Positions 31,243 to 32,000 of a stretch of DNA of 32,000 nucleotides are shown piece by piece; the stretch's first letter is position 1; the number at the start of each line of letters is the position of its first letter. The position numbers and the translations under genes are program-made. The stretch spans positions 540,001 to 572,000 of the forward strand of contig OY970170.1 in assembly GCA_963706795.1 (NCBI GenBank), written 5' to 3'. Below the pieces are notes generated by a model that searched no databases, was not told the origin of the DNA, and worked only from the letters and a program-made list of their open reading frames with translations. This DNA is from Candidatus Saccharimonadota bacterium. Its GTDB lineage: Bacteria > Patescibacteriota > Gracilibacteria > BD1-5 > UBA2023.

Positions 31243-32000
31243 ATGTCATATCTCGGACTTTCATTTTTCTCAAAGAGTGAGTATATTACCATACCTCAGG
31301 ATAACTATCACATATATACAAAGCTCTTTAGTAACTGTTTTTGAGCTATTAAAGTGCCCGATGTACGAACTCGGGGATACGGTCAAGATAATTTCTTGAA
31401 CATTTGGCTAACGACTGGTCCAAGTCTTCCAATAAATAGGGAGGCTTGGGAGTGATTTATGGAACTTCTCGAGTGAGATCATTCAATAGTACCTTGATTT
31501 CAACTCAGAGATGCAGTCATGATTGGTCACATAGATTGGGAACACTATTTGGTGCTTGAATCGCCATTAAATATTGAACAAATAACAAAGAACCAGTCAT
31601 TCATAGAATTTGTTTATCTACCAAATAAACAAGCATCTAGCATTTGAGGTATTTTTGATTTGGCGCAAGACGATATCATGCGTGATATTATTCAGGGCAA
31701 ATACGGTGCTTTATTTCTTGGTTTAAAGTCCTATCCAATACCGAGCTTTACATGCCCATGCTGCGGATTTATAACCCTCCATGAGGATCATCATGTATAC
31801 GAAATATGTGAAGTCTGTGACTGGGAAGATGATCCAGTGCAATTTGAATTCCCTGATTCTCCATCTTGAGCTAATAAGTGATCCCTTCGACAGAATCAAA
31901 ATTCTTTTCTTTCCACCCAATTTTCCGATCAGGAAAACTATCTTGGTTATTTAAAGGACAAAAATTGGAAACCTCTTTCTCCAACTAGTGCACCGAAAGA
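31243..32000 (+). CDS. CPCC-family cysteine-rich domain protein (3' end beyond window)
   Basis: ATG at 31243. The frame is open to the window end through seven TGA. Residues FTCPCCGFITLHEDHHVYEICEVCDWEDDPVQFEFPDSPSGANKGSL match the Cys-rich CPCC domain pattern (CPCCG ... EIC.VC.WEDD ... GAN). The N-terminal ~140 aa are unassigned. Confidence 0.7.

Noticed and set aside
19763-32000. The surface/toxin island as a mobile element or prophage remnant.
   Set aside because: I could find no integrase, transposase, tRNA attachment site or flanking direct/inverted repeats within the window. The right boundary lies beyond 32000, so mobility remains untested.

Overview
This window reads as genetic code 25 (UGA = Gly), the code of Gracilibacteria/Absconditabacteria-type Candidate Phyla Radiation genomes. 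Almost every standard-code ORF fragment joins its neighbour in frame across a TGA. Those TGAs fall on invariant glycines: RNase Y RP-G-AR at 3154, Era KH-domain GK-G-G at 341, UvrA GPE-G-GxxG-G at 17037 and 17052. Read with TGA as sense, the window holds about 28 tightly packed, often overlapping genes. Positions 1-19.8 kb are housekeeping: Rrf2 regulator, era, a rubredoxin-superoxide reductase fusion with a 2Fe-2S ferredoxin, rny, an lgt-like gene, comEC, glyA, ctp, pepA, comF, uvrA, ddl, murB and an RsuA/RluB-type gene. This stretch is interrupted by a lineage-specific four-gene membrane cluster at 9.1-12.2 kb. Positions 19.8-32 kb form an accessory cell-surface/antagonism island. It encodes a 1166-aa SLH-anchored S-layer-type protein with six ~155-aa tandem modules and no UGA codon, then a secreted Ig-like/FG-GAP protein. 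Next comes a 1594-aa signal-peptide SpvB-N/RHS (TcB-TcC-like) polymorphic toxin whose C-terminal tip is extremely UGA-dense, followed by small immunity-type genes including a CPCC Cys-rich protein. I recognised no rRNA, tRNA, CRISPR array, integrase or transposase. All functional names come from motif recognition by eye; no database search was possible.
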